From an uncultured Azospirillum sp. (GTDB lineage Bacteria; Pseudomonadota; Alphaproteobacteria; RF32; CAG-239), in assembly GCA_964521455.1 (NCBI GenBank), contig CAZFRT010000003.1:1-28956 (forward strand): a DNA stretch of 28,956 nt. The letters run 5' to 3'. Below, in pieces: positions 20,920 to 28,956 of this stretch. The position numbers and the translations under genes are program-made. The notes under the pieces were generated by a model, which was given only the letters and a program-made list of their open reading frames with translations, did not search any database and was not told the origin of the DNA. Positions within the stretch are counted from its first letter, which is position 1; every line of letters begins with the position of its first letter.

Positions 20920-21765
20920 GTGTTTAAGAAAACCAATAAATCTTTGATTTACGGGCTCCTGCTTTTGGCAATAACCGGTTGTAACTGGCAAAACCGCAGT
21001 ATCGGAGACATTGTTCGACACCCTTTCGCATCCGATCAAACTTTTGCTCAAGCTAAAATCAAATCATCCGGATCCATTGTTGTTTGTCGAACCAAACAAT
21101 GTGCTCCGGCTAAACTTTCCATGAGTGCGGAATATATTTACAACAGCCTGCTCCAATTGTTTAATAACAACAATCATCAAAAACTTCTCGTTTGCGAAGC
21201 TGACGCTTATACTCATGCTTGTTTGGAAAACTTTGTTACCATGCCGGTAAAAGTCGGCATCACACCGGCTTACGCTTATATTGACTCAGCTAAGATAACC
21301 GATGTAAATGTTAAAAGAAACAATACGCTTAACGTCATCTTAAACTATAACCTGACCTATAACGGACAATCTCCCGAATGTTTTCCTTCCAATGCTCTGG
21401 TTTATGTTAAAGACATAAATAACATCATTATGGAAGACGGCGGATATACTTGTAAAATGACAACCATCGGCCAAACCAACGTCAAAACCCTGTTTGCCAT
21501 AGATTATATTGATTTGGATTATGGGTACATCGGCGGATACTATTCCATCGGTCTATCCGGTCCGGCATTCGGCGGCGGTTCCGGATATATGATGTTGCGT
21601 TTTCCTAAAGACGCCTACCCGCTCAGTCCGGTATTGAAGGCAAAATCAATGCCTAAAGCTTTAAATAATGCTCAGCAGTATCTTGATGAAAACCTTCCGC
21701 AAAAGGTGGAAGAGTTAACTGAGACTATCAACACCAATGTTCAAATATTCCCGATAAAAAAATAA
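20920..21765 (+). CDS. Hypothetical lipoprotein, beta-rich with several Cys
   Basis: Basic N-terminus, hydrophobic core and lipobox ITG|C; 281-aa ORF; no family recognised. Confidence 0.75.
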   Translation: MFKKTNKSLIYGLLLLAITGCNWQNRSIGDIVRHPFASDQTFAQAKIKSSGSIVVCRTKQCAPAKLSMSAEYIYNSLLQLFNNNNHQKLLVCEADAYTHACLENFVTMPVKVGITPAYAYIDSAKITDVNVKRNNTLNVILNYNLTYNGQSPECFPSNALVYVKDINNIIMEDGGYTCKMTTIGQTNVKTLFAIDYIDLDYGYIGGYYSIGLSGPAFGGGSGYMMLRFPKDAYPLSPVLKAKSMPKALNNAQQYLDENLPQKVEELTETINTNVQIFPIKK

Positions 21766-21781
21766 TAATCCCCAGAGAACA

Positions 21782-21810
21782 TTGACAAAAAAGACAGAAT
21801 CTGATATAGC
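21782..21810 (+). promoter_or_regulatory. Sigma70 promoter preceding a ~200-nt leader
   Basis: TTGACA (21782-21787), 17 nt, TATAGC (21805-21810). Confidence 0.65.
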
Positions 21811-22018
21811 CATATTCAGTTGTTTAAGAATATGGCTACTATTTTGGTTGAAGGTTAGTTGTAATTTTGGGCTTGTCTCAAAATTCCGATTAAGGATGCT
21901 AAACGTAGAAATTCTGAGATGACTTTGTCTTGCTTGATTTTTTCAAGAATGTTCTCAAGACAAATAACAACATTACTTCATCGGAACATTGAAGCAACCA
22001 TCTAAAAATTCAAATCAG

Positions 22019-23086
22019 ATGGAAAACCAAAAACATCCTTCAAAAGCTGCAAAAATCGCAAAACGCAGCCTCACGTTTCTCGCTAACATTGCGATGAGAA
22101 TTCTCTTCAGTATCATCATGGTAGTGGTATTCATCCTCTTTTTCATTGTCTACAATCCCGTAGTATTCTGGATATGGGCAATGATTTCTCCTAAGAAGGC
22201 CGCAAAAAGCCTGAGAGGAGACTGCGACCCCGATGATCCGGCAGAAGACCTTCGACGTTTCTTCTGGAAACTGAATAAAATCTTCCGTTTTCTACTGCCT
22301 TGGCGTTGCAAAAAAGAACTTCTGATGGCAACCTGTCTGAAAGAAGCTACTTTTGAGCAAGAACTTAAAATTTTCAATGAATCGGAACAAAACGATCTCA
22401 TTGAAAAAAACTGGCTCAGCAAAAAAGCCAAAGATCAGATATGGTATCAGAACCATTGTATCAGAGAATTGCTTCTTCCATCCATGGGAACTCTGACATC
22501 GGAACAATTTTCTATCCTTGTACACAATGAGGAATGGGAAAGTGTGCAACAATATCTCAACCGAAAAACTCCATCGGAAAAAATGCTGGGCATCCTGCTG
22601 AAAGAAGCACTAAAGAAACAAGAGAAAAAAAATCAGGCTCTCAATCTGCTATGCAACTACATCCGCATTTACAGCTTACCCGCAAACTTGGTCAACAAAC
22701 TGTTTAACATGCCGGACGTAGATCGAAACGTGATTGAAAAGATTAAATCGGCCCAAAAATCCTATGGTCAAAGGCAAGTTATCCTTTACGGACAACAAAA
22801 CTTCAAAACATGGGAGAAATTCTGCAAAAGCTTAGATGACGAGCAGGACGTTTTTCCTGAGAACCAAAAGTTGATGACCCGTCAGCAGTATCTTGCCTAC
22901 AACAAGGCAGGAAAAAAACTCTGTCTCTCGGCAATCATCCACTTCCTTTCCAAGGGCGAACCGAGCATGGCTGAGGAAGTCATCCGATACGAAATCATCG
23001 GCAACAAGATATCCAATGACAGAATAGACTGCCTGATCTCCGGCAATCCCAAACTGGTCGAAATTCTCTGGCGTCTTCTGCCCTGA
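22019..23086 (+). CDS. Hypothetical membrane-anchored alpha-helical protein
   Basis: Long ORF (in-frame ATG 22019; track TTG 21989); one long hydrophobic segment ILFSIIMVVVFILFFIVYNPVVFWIWAMI followed by helical sequence; no family recognised. Confidence 0.7.
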   Translation: MENQKHPSKAAKIAKRSLTFLANIAMRILFSIIMVVVFILFFIVYNPVVFWIWAMISPKKAAKSLRGDCDPDDPAEDLRRFFWKLNKIFRFLLPWRCKKELLMATCLKEATFEQELKIFNESEQNDLIEKNWLSKKAKDQIWYQNHCIRELLLPSMGTLTSEQFSILVHNEEWESVQQYLNRKTPSEKMLGILLKEALKKQEKKNQALNLLCNYIRIYSLPANLVNKLFNMPDVDRNVIEKIKSAQKSYGQRQVILYGQQNFKTWEKFCKSLDDEQDVFPENQKLMTRQQYLAYNKAGKKLCLSAIIHFLSKGEPSMAEEVIRYEIIGNKISNDRIDCLISGNPKLVEILWRLLP

Positions 23087-23110
23087 CTCTGCAAATGCGA
23101 AGCAAACATC

Positions 23111-23153
23111 AAACGAAGCGTTTTCCTATGATAGGAAAACGCTTCGTTTTTTT
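23111..23153. terminator. Long inverted repeat / terminator between convergent genes
   Basis: 19-bp perfect inverted repeat aaacgaagcgttttcctat-g-ataggaaaacgcttcgttt followed by T residues. Confidence 0.8.
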
Positions 23154-23168
23154 AGGGTTACACCCATA

Positions 23169-25487
23169 TTACATCCGTCCGTAAGCAAAATATTGAGGAA
23201 TCTCATAAATAACAATTTTTTCAATATTACTGAATTTACAAATCAATTGCCCATGAGAAATCGTTCCGTTTGCGGAAGGTAACGCCCCGTGTTTATTCTG
23301 AAACTCCTGCAAATCTCGAAGACTCATCACAATACCGTTATCAAATGTAACATTCCAACCGTATGTGGAAGTTCCGACATTAACGTGAATGCTTCTAACT
23401 TCATCATTACCGGAAAACTCACAAGACACGGCTTCTGCAGAAAGCTCAAAATATTTATCATTTAATGAACCACTGTACCATTTGGCGTTTTGAGCCTGCT
23501 GTTTATCCGCATCTTCACGAACCATATCCGTCGTCGGAATAACAAACTCGGAAACCTCCGAAAAATACAGTTTGGCATTACCGCTACCCACTAATATTCC
23601 TGAAACCGGCGTTTTAAATGAAACAACACAACCTTCTTTATCGGCTAAGGAAATATTCTCAAAATCATTGACAACGATACCTGTGTTTTGTCCTGATTGT
23701 GCATAAATAAAATGATTCCGCCCTTCGATAAAATTACTGCTGTTCGGAACAATATTTAACTCTTCCTCGTTAAAAACAGACAATTCCGAACGACCATTTT
23801 GAACAATACGGGCATAACGCACGGTGTCGACATTCTTCTCCAACCTTACAGAGCTGTTTCCCGACGGAAGAGAAATCAAGGCAGTCTTGAAAACAATCAA
23901 ACTCCAATTTTCCAACTCCTTTTCCTTATAATCGACATCATCCAAAACAACGCTGCGACTATTCTCGTCTCCTTGAAAAACTTGAATCCCTGACGCTTTA
24001 CCAAATATCTTGGAAGCATTTTTATAAGCCTGATAACTCTCCGTTGTTACCGACAATATCTGAAAACTTACATCATCTTGAACAATTTCAGGCTCTGTAA
24101 CGATATCCGAAACATCAGGTGTTTCCACCGGTTCTTGCGACACAACCGAAGCGGAAATCGTTTCAATAATCGGTTCCGCAACTTCTTCTGCAGAAACACT
24201 AACTGCAACCTCTTCCGTATTTATGGTTTCAATAACCTGATTTTCATCAATAGACGGCTCTGAGACAATTTCTGCAGCAGAAGACTGAATTTCAACTTCC
24301 GGCACAGTATCGACGGCAACCTCTTCCTCAATAATAGTACTCTGATTTAATTCAGAAACGGTATTATCAGAAAGAACATCCTGAACGACCTCAATCTTCG
24401 TTTCATCAATCGGCAAACTCTCGGAAACCGCAATATTTTCTTCTGTCAAAACAACCGGAGCTTCATCAACAGAAACAAAAGATTCCGGAATTTCTTCTTC
24501 AACTGTCGAAGCAGAAACATTTTCCTCTTCCGAGACAGGAACAACAGGTGTCGGCACAACAACTGCCTCATCAACAACTTCCTGCGGAATTGAAGCCGAA
24601 CCAAACTCGATAACCGGATCAACAACCGGTTCATTTTGTTCAGCCACGGTTTGAACAATAGGCTCACTCACAGCCTCCTGCACCAAAGTTTCAACAATAA
24701 CATCCTCTGGTTCTTCCGAAACTTCTGCAGTTTCCTGAACCGAAACAACAGCCTCTTCATAATGAGGTTGAGCAACATCAGTAAACGGAACTTCGTCAAT
24801 ATTAACAGGAGCCTCTGTACCAAACAATTCTTTTTCTAAATCCACTTCCGCTTCAGCAGTCGGTGCAACAACATTTTCCGTCTCGGAAACATCCACCAAC
24901 ATCTCACTTAAGCTCTCTTCATTCGGAGTCGGCTCCAATATTGAATTATCATCTTCACGCAAAGGTTCTGCAACAACGGAAGCCTCTGAGGCCACCGGTT
25001 CCGGCTTTATCTCCTGTACAAAAGAGGTCGTTGTCTCAACGACAGTCTTCGATGTTTCAGAAACACTTTCCTCAACAGGAACTGCTTCCGTTACAGTTAC
25101 AGTTACAGGTACAGGTACAGCCTCAGCAACCGCAGAAACATCTTCAACACTTACCGGAGAAACTTCTCCAACCACAGATTCTGACAAAACTTCCGCAACT
25201 TCAGAAACCAGAGATGCAACAGGTTCACCGACAACTTCCTGCGGAACTGAAACAGGAGCCGGTTCTGAAACAGCTTGAACAACAGATTCTTCCAAAACTG
25301 AAACCGTTTCGACCATCGGCTGTTGTTCGACCATCGGCTCTTCATGAGGCACACTCTCAGCCGGAACTTCAATATATTCATACTCATAATCCGCATCAGC
25401 CGGAAGTTCTTCACCCTCAGCCAATTCAATATATTCATACTCATATTCTTCATCGGAAGATTGGGTGTTTACTGTTTCATCAACCAT
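23169..25487 (-). CDS. Acidic low-complexity protein (772 aa): ~470-aa E/V/S/P-rich region plus ~300-aa globular C-terminal region
   Basis: 2.3-kb ORF; strongly E/V/S/P-biased composition up to ~24070, normal beta-rich composition after; no signal peptide or TM helix seen. Confidence 0.8.
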   Translation of the reverse strand: MVDETVNTQSSDEEYEYEYIELAEGEELPADADYEYEYIEVPAESVPHEEPMVEQQPMVETVSVLEESVVQAVSEPAPVSVPQEVVGEPVASLVSEVAEVLSESVVGEVSPVSVEDVSAVAEAVPVPVTVTVTEAVPVEESVSETSKTVVETTTSFVQEIKPEPVASEASVVAEPLREDDNSILEPTPNEESLSEMLVDVSETENVVAPTAEAEVDLEKELFGTEAPVNIDEVPFTDVAQPHYEEAVVSVQETAEVSEEPEDVIVETLVQEAVSEPIVQTVAEQNEPVVDPVIEFGSASIPQEVVDEAVVVPTPVVPVSEEENVSASTVEEEIPESFVSVDEAPVVLTEENIAVSESLPIDETKIEVVQDVLSDNTVSELNQSTIIEEEVAVDTVPEVEIQSSAAEIVSEPSIDENQVIETINTEEVAVSVSAEEVAEPIIETISASVVSQEPVETPDVSDIVTEPEIVQDDVSFQILSVTTESYQAYKNASKIFGKASGIQVFQGDENSRSVVLDDVDYKEKELENWSLIVFKTALISLPSGNSSVRLEKNVDTVRYARIVQNGRSELSVFNEEELNIVPNSSNFIEGRNHFIYAQSGQNTGIVVNDFENISLADKEGCVVSFKTPVSGILVGSGNAKLYFSEVSEFVIPTTDMVREDADKQQAQNAKWYSGSLNDKYFELSAEAVSCEFSGNDEVRSIHVNVGTSTYGWNVTFDNGIVMSLRDLQEFQNKHGALPSANGTISHGQLICKFSNIEKIVIYEIPQYFAYGRM
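25368..25445. repeat. Exact 21-bp direct repeat encoding YEYEYIE twice
   Basis: ttcaatatattcatactcata at 25368-25388 and 25425-25445 (57-nt period). Confidence 0.9.
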
Positions 25488-25555
25488 TTTTGCACCTGCC
25501 TAAAATTGTAGTAATTGGTATAATTTTACCATATATATCTTAAAATGTTTTTAAC

Positions 25556-25590
25556 AAAAAGGCCTGCTCTTTTTACAAGCAGGCCTAAAA
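25556..25590 (-). terminator. Intrinsic terminator after the envZ-like gene
   Basis: Stem aggcctgct/agcaggcct with 9-nt loop; U-tract on the minus strand (25556-25560). Confidence 0.7.
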
Positions 25591-25634
25591 ACTATTTGTA
25601 CAACATATTGAACAAATACTTTCTGATAACCGTA

Positions 25635-26993
25635 CTATAAGGGAATAGAAATGAGTACCCTCAAGCCTCCTAACGGACTATCGTTTAACTCAATCTTACC
25701 GCCATGAGACGTAATGACATCCTTAGCGATAGACAATCCCAAACCGACCCCGCCGGTTTCTTTGTTGCGGGAACCTTCAATACGGTAAAATGCTTTAAAT
25801 ACATCTTCCCTCTTATCCTCAGGAATACCCGGACCATCATCATCAATAGTAATTTCCAGCTTGTTATTATTACTTTCCAAATCCACCGCAATGGTTTTCC
25901 CGTAACGGAAAGCGTTGGAAATCACATTGGTAACAGCCCGCTTCAAAGCCTGCTCTCGTCCTTGAATGGCACTGACTTGATCATTGGTTGTATAACGGAT
26001 AAGAGCTTTTTTGTTTCTGAATTTGTTGATAATACTCAAAATCATCTCGTTCATATCAACAAAGCTTGATTTTTCTCCGCCTTCTCCACTGACAAAAGAC
26101 AAATAACCGTCAAGCATCTTTTCCATTTCAGAAATATCTTGAAGAAAATCTTCTTTATCCTGCCCGTCCGGCAACATGGCCGTTTGCAGTTTCATTCTCG
26201 TCAACGGGGTTCTCAAATCGTGCGAAACTCCGGCCAACATCTGAGTACGTTCTGTAATTTGCCGTTGGATTCTCTCTTTCATCTTGGTAAAAGCAATACC
26301 GGCTCTGCGAACCTCAACCGAACCGTACGGTTTAAAGTCTTTATTATCAATACCTTTACCAAAATCCTCAGCCACTTTGGCCAATTCGGCAATGGAACGC
26401 ACCTGAATTCTTAAGAACAAAGCAGCAACCACAAACAACAACAATGAAGTTCCGATCATCCATGCCACAAAACCGAAAATAGAAGTGCTGAAAATATTCT
26501 TGGAAGTTGTCGTAAATTTAAACAACCCATCCTTGGTATCCACAAACACCATCATATTTTTCTCACCTTTGCCCAGAAAAATACTGCTGACGGCATTCGG
26601 AAACTCACGACGTAAAGAATCTTCCAGAAAACCCGTAACCATCTTATTGGTGCGGTTAACTTTATTCATAACCGTATGTTTTTCATCATTACCGTAATAA
26701 TTCACATCCAAATCAAAAGTTTTAGAAGCCAAAGACTGAACATATTCAATATCCGTAGGATTCTTTTCAATCAGTTGCATAACAAAAGACATTTCAGAAG
26801 TCAAATTTGTTGACAAGCGACGTCCGACACGTCCCCAGCTTCCGTCAAAAAAAGCAACGATGGAAACAACCTGAACCACAATCAACGGAATAAAAATCAA
26901 AAGCATGGTTCTGAAAAACAATGTTTTCGGCAACAGCTTAAGCTTTAAATACCTCAAGGTATTATCTATTTTTTCGGGAAACTTTAAACGCAT
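25635..26993 (-). CDS. EnvZ/RisS-like sensor histidine kinase (HAMP-HisKA-HATPase)
   Basis: Two TM helices, HAMP, H-box GVSHDLRTPLTR, N-box NVISNAFRYG, DDDGPGIP, GGVGLGLSI. Confidence 0.93.
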   Translation of the reverse strand: MRLKFPEKIDNTLRYLKLKLLPKTLFFRTMLLIFIPLIVVQVVSIVAFFDGSWGRVGRRLSTNLTSEMSFVMQLIEKNPTDIEYVQSLASKTFDLDVNYYGNDEKHTVMNKVNRTNKMVTGFLEDSLRREFPNAVSSIFLGKGEKNMMVFVDTKDGLFKFTTTSKNIFSTSIFGFVAWMIGTSLLLFVVAALFLRIQVRSIAELAKVAEDFGKGIDNKDFKPYGSVEVRRAGIAFTKMKERIQRQITERTQMLAGVSHDLRTPLTRMKLQTAMLPDGQDKEDFLQDISEMEKMLDGYLSFVSGEGGEKSSFVDMNEMILSIINKFRNKKALIRYTTNDQVSAIQGREQALKRAVTNVISNAFRYGKTIAVDLESNNNKLEITIDDDGPGIPEDKREDVFKAFYRIEGSRNKETGGVGLGLSIAKDVITSHGGKIELNDSPLGGLRVLISIPL

Positions 26994-27020
26994 GGCTTTC
27001 TCCTTGACTAGTTATCCTCA

Positions 27021-27719
27021 CTACAACCGATTTTCCGGTAGCAGCATATATCCTTTGCCGCGTATTGTTTGCAGATAACGCGGGTTTTTTGAATCTTTTT
27101 CAATTTTTTTACGCAACCTGGTAATTTGCACATCTATTGAACGCGGACTTTGCCCCGCTCCGAGAATTTCGGCCAATTTTTCACGGGAAAACACCTGCCC
27201 TGCCTTTTGGCACAACACCCCCAACAACGATTGTTCCACCGGAGTAATATGAATAATCCCTCCTTGTTTGGTCGTCAGTTCTTTTTTGATAATATCATAC
27301 AGGCACAACCCCAAATCAAACTGCTCCGGCTCGGCACCTTTTTCAATCGGCATCCGTTTAAAAATATTTTTAATCCTCAAAACAAGTTCTTTAGGTTCAA
27401 ACGGCTTCGGCAGATAATCATCAGCTCCGATTTCTAATCCGGCAATTCTATCCGAGGTCTCTCCCATCGCCGTTAAAAGAATAACCGGAAGATTACTTTC
27501 CCTCCGGAATTTTTGCAAAAATTCCAAACCGCTCTCTTCCGGCATCATAATATCTAAAATCAACAAATCAAAACGATAATTTTCCAACATCATCCTGGCA
27601 TCGGCAGCATTTTTTGCCGAAGAAACATAAAAACCGCTTTCTCTCAAAAATCTTTGCAATAAAGAACGCAAGCGAGTATCATCATCCACGACCAGAATAT
27701 GAAATTTATTGCCGTTCAT
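27021..27719 (-). CDS. OmpR-family response regulator
   Basis: ILVVDDD, ILDIMMP phosphoacceptor, GADDYLPKPF, winged helix RSIDVQITRLRKKIE..PRYLQTIRGKGY. Confidence 0.95.
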   Translation of the reverse strand: MNGNKFHILVVDDDTRLRSLLQRFLRESGFYVSSAKNAADARMMLENYRFDLLILDIMMPEESGLEFLQKFRRESNLPVILLTAMGETSDRIAGLEIGADDYLPKPFEPKELVLRIKNIFKRMPIEKGAEPEQFDLGLCLYDIIKKELTTKQGGIIHITPVEQSLLGVLCQKAGQVFSREKLAEILGAGQSPRSIDVQITRLRKKIEKDSKNPRYLQTIRGKGYMLLPENRL

Positions 27720-27731
27720 TCAAAACCAGCC

Positions 27732-28406
27732 TTATTTAGCCGTTTTTTTCACAGTCTTTTTAGCTTTTGTCGCCGTTTTTTTCTTTGTAGCAACTTTTTT
27801 CACCGGAGATTTTTTCCCCTCGTTTTTTGCAACGGCCTTTTTCTCCATAGCAACTTTCTTTTCTGCTTTTTCGGTACTTTTGATATAATCAAGACTTTTC
27901 TGAAAATACTGATATCCGGTAATGAAAGTTAACACACCGGCAACCCAAAGTAAAATAACACCCAAAGTATGGAAACAATAACCGACCAAAATCATTGATA
28001 AAGCCGTCATCTGAAAAGCGGTTTTCCATTTAGCCAAACGGGTAACCGGCATACCGACGCGAACCTCTGCCAAGAACTCTCTTAACCCGGAAACCAGAAT
28101 TTCGCGACATAAAATAACCACAACCGGAACATAGCTGAGTGGCGAAACCATATTGTTTACCAAAATAACCACCAAAGCGGAAGAAACCAAAAGCTTATCG
28201 GCAATCGGATCCAACAAACGCCCGAAAGCAGATGTTTCGTTTCTGGCTCTGGCAAAATACCCGTCAAAATAATCCGTAATGGCCGCCACAATAAATAAAA
28301 CCGCGGCTAACATGGTCCAAAAGGCTGAGTGAATATACATTGAGAGGAAAATGACGGGAATAACAACAATTCTTGAAATGGTTAACAGATTCGGTAAGCT
28401 ATACAC
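27732..28406 (-). CDS. pgsA: CDP-diacylglycerol--glycerol-3-phosphate 3-phosphatidyltransferase with a Lys-rich C-terminal extension
   Basis: LPNLLTISR, TDYFDGYFAR, FGRLLDPIADK CDP-alcohol motif, REILVSGLRE, AKWKTAFQM; directly downstream of uvrC. Confidence 0.93.
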   Translation of the reverse strand: MYSLPNLLTISRIVVIPVIFLSMYIHSAFWTMLAAVLFIVAAITDYFDGYFARARNETSAFGRLLDPIADKLLVSSALVVILVNNMVSPLSYVPVVVILCREILVSGLREFLAEVRVGMPVTRLAKWKTAFQMTALSMILVGYCFHTLGVILLWVAGVLTFITGYQYFQKSLDYIKSTEKAEKKVAMEKKAVAKNEGKKSPVKKVATKKKTATKAKKTVKKTAK

Positions 28407-28464
28407 GGTATAATTCCTTTACAGGTTAATTAATATTAATTGGCTACATCTTAAGATAGTTTTT

Positions 28465-28956
28465 TTATTTGTGGAAGTAGTTATATATCTTTTCCGCCGT
28501 TTTTTTGTTAATTCCGCTCACTTTTTCAATATCTTTGAGTGATGCCTGAGAGATTTCCTCAACAGAACCGAAATAATTAAGCAAATCGCGTTTTCTTTTT
28601 GCACCGATTCCGTCAATATCATCCAAGCGGGATTTATAAACAGATTTTGCCCGTTTCTGCCGATGGGTGCCAATTGCAAAACGGTGAGCCTCGTCCCGTA
28701 GATTCTGTAAATAAAATGCTATTGGAGATTGAAACGGAAGAGCAAAACTTTCGCGTCCTACCATATGATAAAACTCTTTTCCGGCGTTTCTGTCCGGACC
28801 TTTGGAAATGGCAATAATTGAGATTCCCGACAAATCAAAATCAGCCAATGCCTCATGAACGGAATGCAGCTGCCCTAAACCACCGTCCAACAAAATAACA
28901 TCCGGACGGTTTTCTTCGCTCATACGGTTAAACCGCCGGGTCAGAACCTCTTTCAT
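28465..28956 (-). CDS. uvrC: Excinuclease ABC subunit C, C-terminal part (5'-truncated by window edge)
   Basis: PDVILLDGGLGQL, AISKGPDRNAGKE, LQNLRDEAHRFAI, HhH IDGIGAKRKRDLLNYFGS. Confidence 0.96.
   Translation of the reverse strand: MKEVLTRRFNRMSEENRPDVILLDGGLGQLHSVHEALADFDLSGISIIAISKGPDRNAGKEFYHMVGRESFALPFQSPIAFYLQNLRDEAHRFAIGTHRQKRAKSVYKSRLDDIDGIGAKRKRDLLNYFGSVEEISQASLKDIEKVSGINKKTAEKIYNYFHK

Noticed and set aside
21832-21858. 8-codon uORF (MATILVEG) in the long leader
   Set aside because: No SD, no run of regulatory codons and no U-tailed attenuator hairpin; not supportable.
24863-25543. 226-aa plus-strand Q/P/L-rich ORF and other ORFs overlapping the acidic gene
   Set aside because: Low-complexity coding sequence suppresses stops in alternative frames; these are shadows of 23169-25487.

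Overview
Chromosomal window (low GC, roughly 40% by eye) from an alphaproteobacterium. The fliL-fliM-DUF6468-motE and uvrC-pgsA-ompR-envZ gene orders and the protein sequences support this; an uncultured host-associated lineage is my inference. Most genes are housekeeping: ispA (partial), a DsbA/ScsC-like oxidoreductase, DUF47 plus a PiT phosphate transporter, a flagellar motor operon, uvrB, rlmH, rsfS, obgE, rpmA, rplU, a thermonuclease, ompR/envZ-like genes, pgsA and uvrC (partial). Unusual items: (1) a two-gene type IVb-pilus-like locus back-to-back with fliL, made of a PilM-like pilin and a 959-aa PilV/shufflon-N-like adhesin with a Gly-rich repetitive stalk and an unrecognised Cys/aromatic C-terminal domain, with no recombinase in the window; (2) an otherwise intact uvrB broken by one in-frame TAG at a conserved Pro, two substitutions away from any Pro codon; (3) an RPE-like ~150-bp palindromic element between uvrB and rlmH; (4) a two-gene opposite-strand insertion, including a HAD_SAK-like protein, splitting rsfS-rlmH; (5) a 772-aa acidic, probably disordered protein with duplicated YEYEYIE motifs; (6) PgsA with a histone-H1-like Lys-rich tail. 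I saw no tRNA, rRNA, CRISPR array, integrase or transposase. All family assignments come from motif recognition, not database searches.
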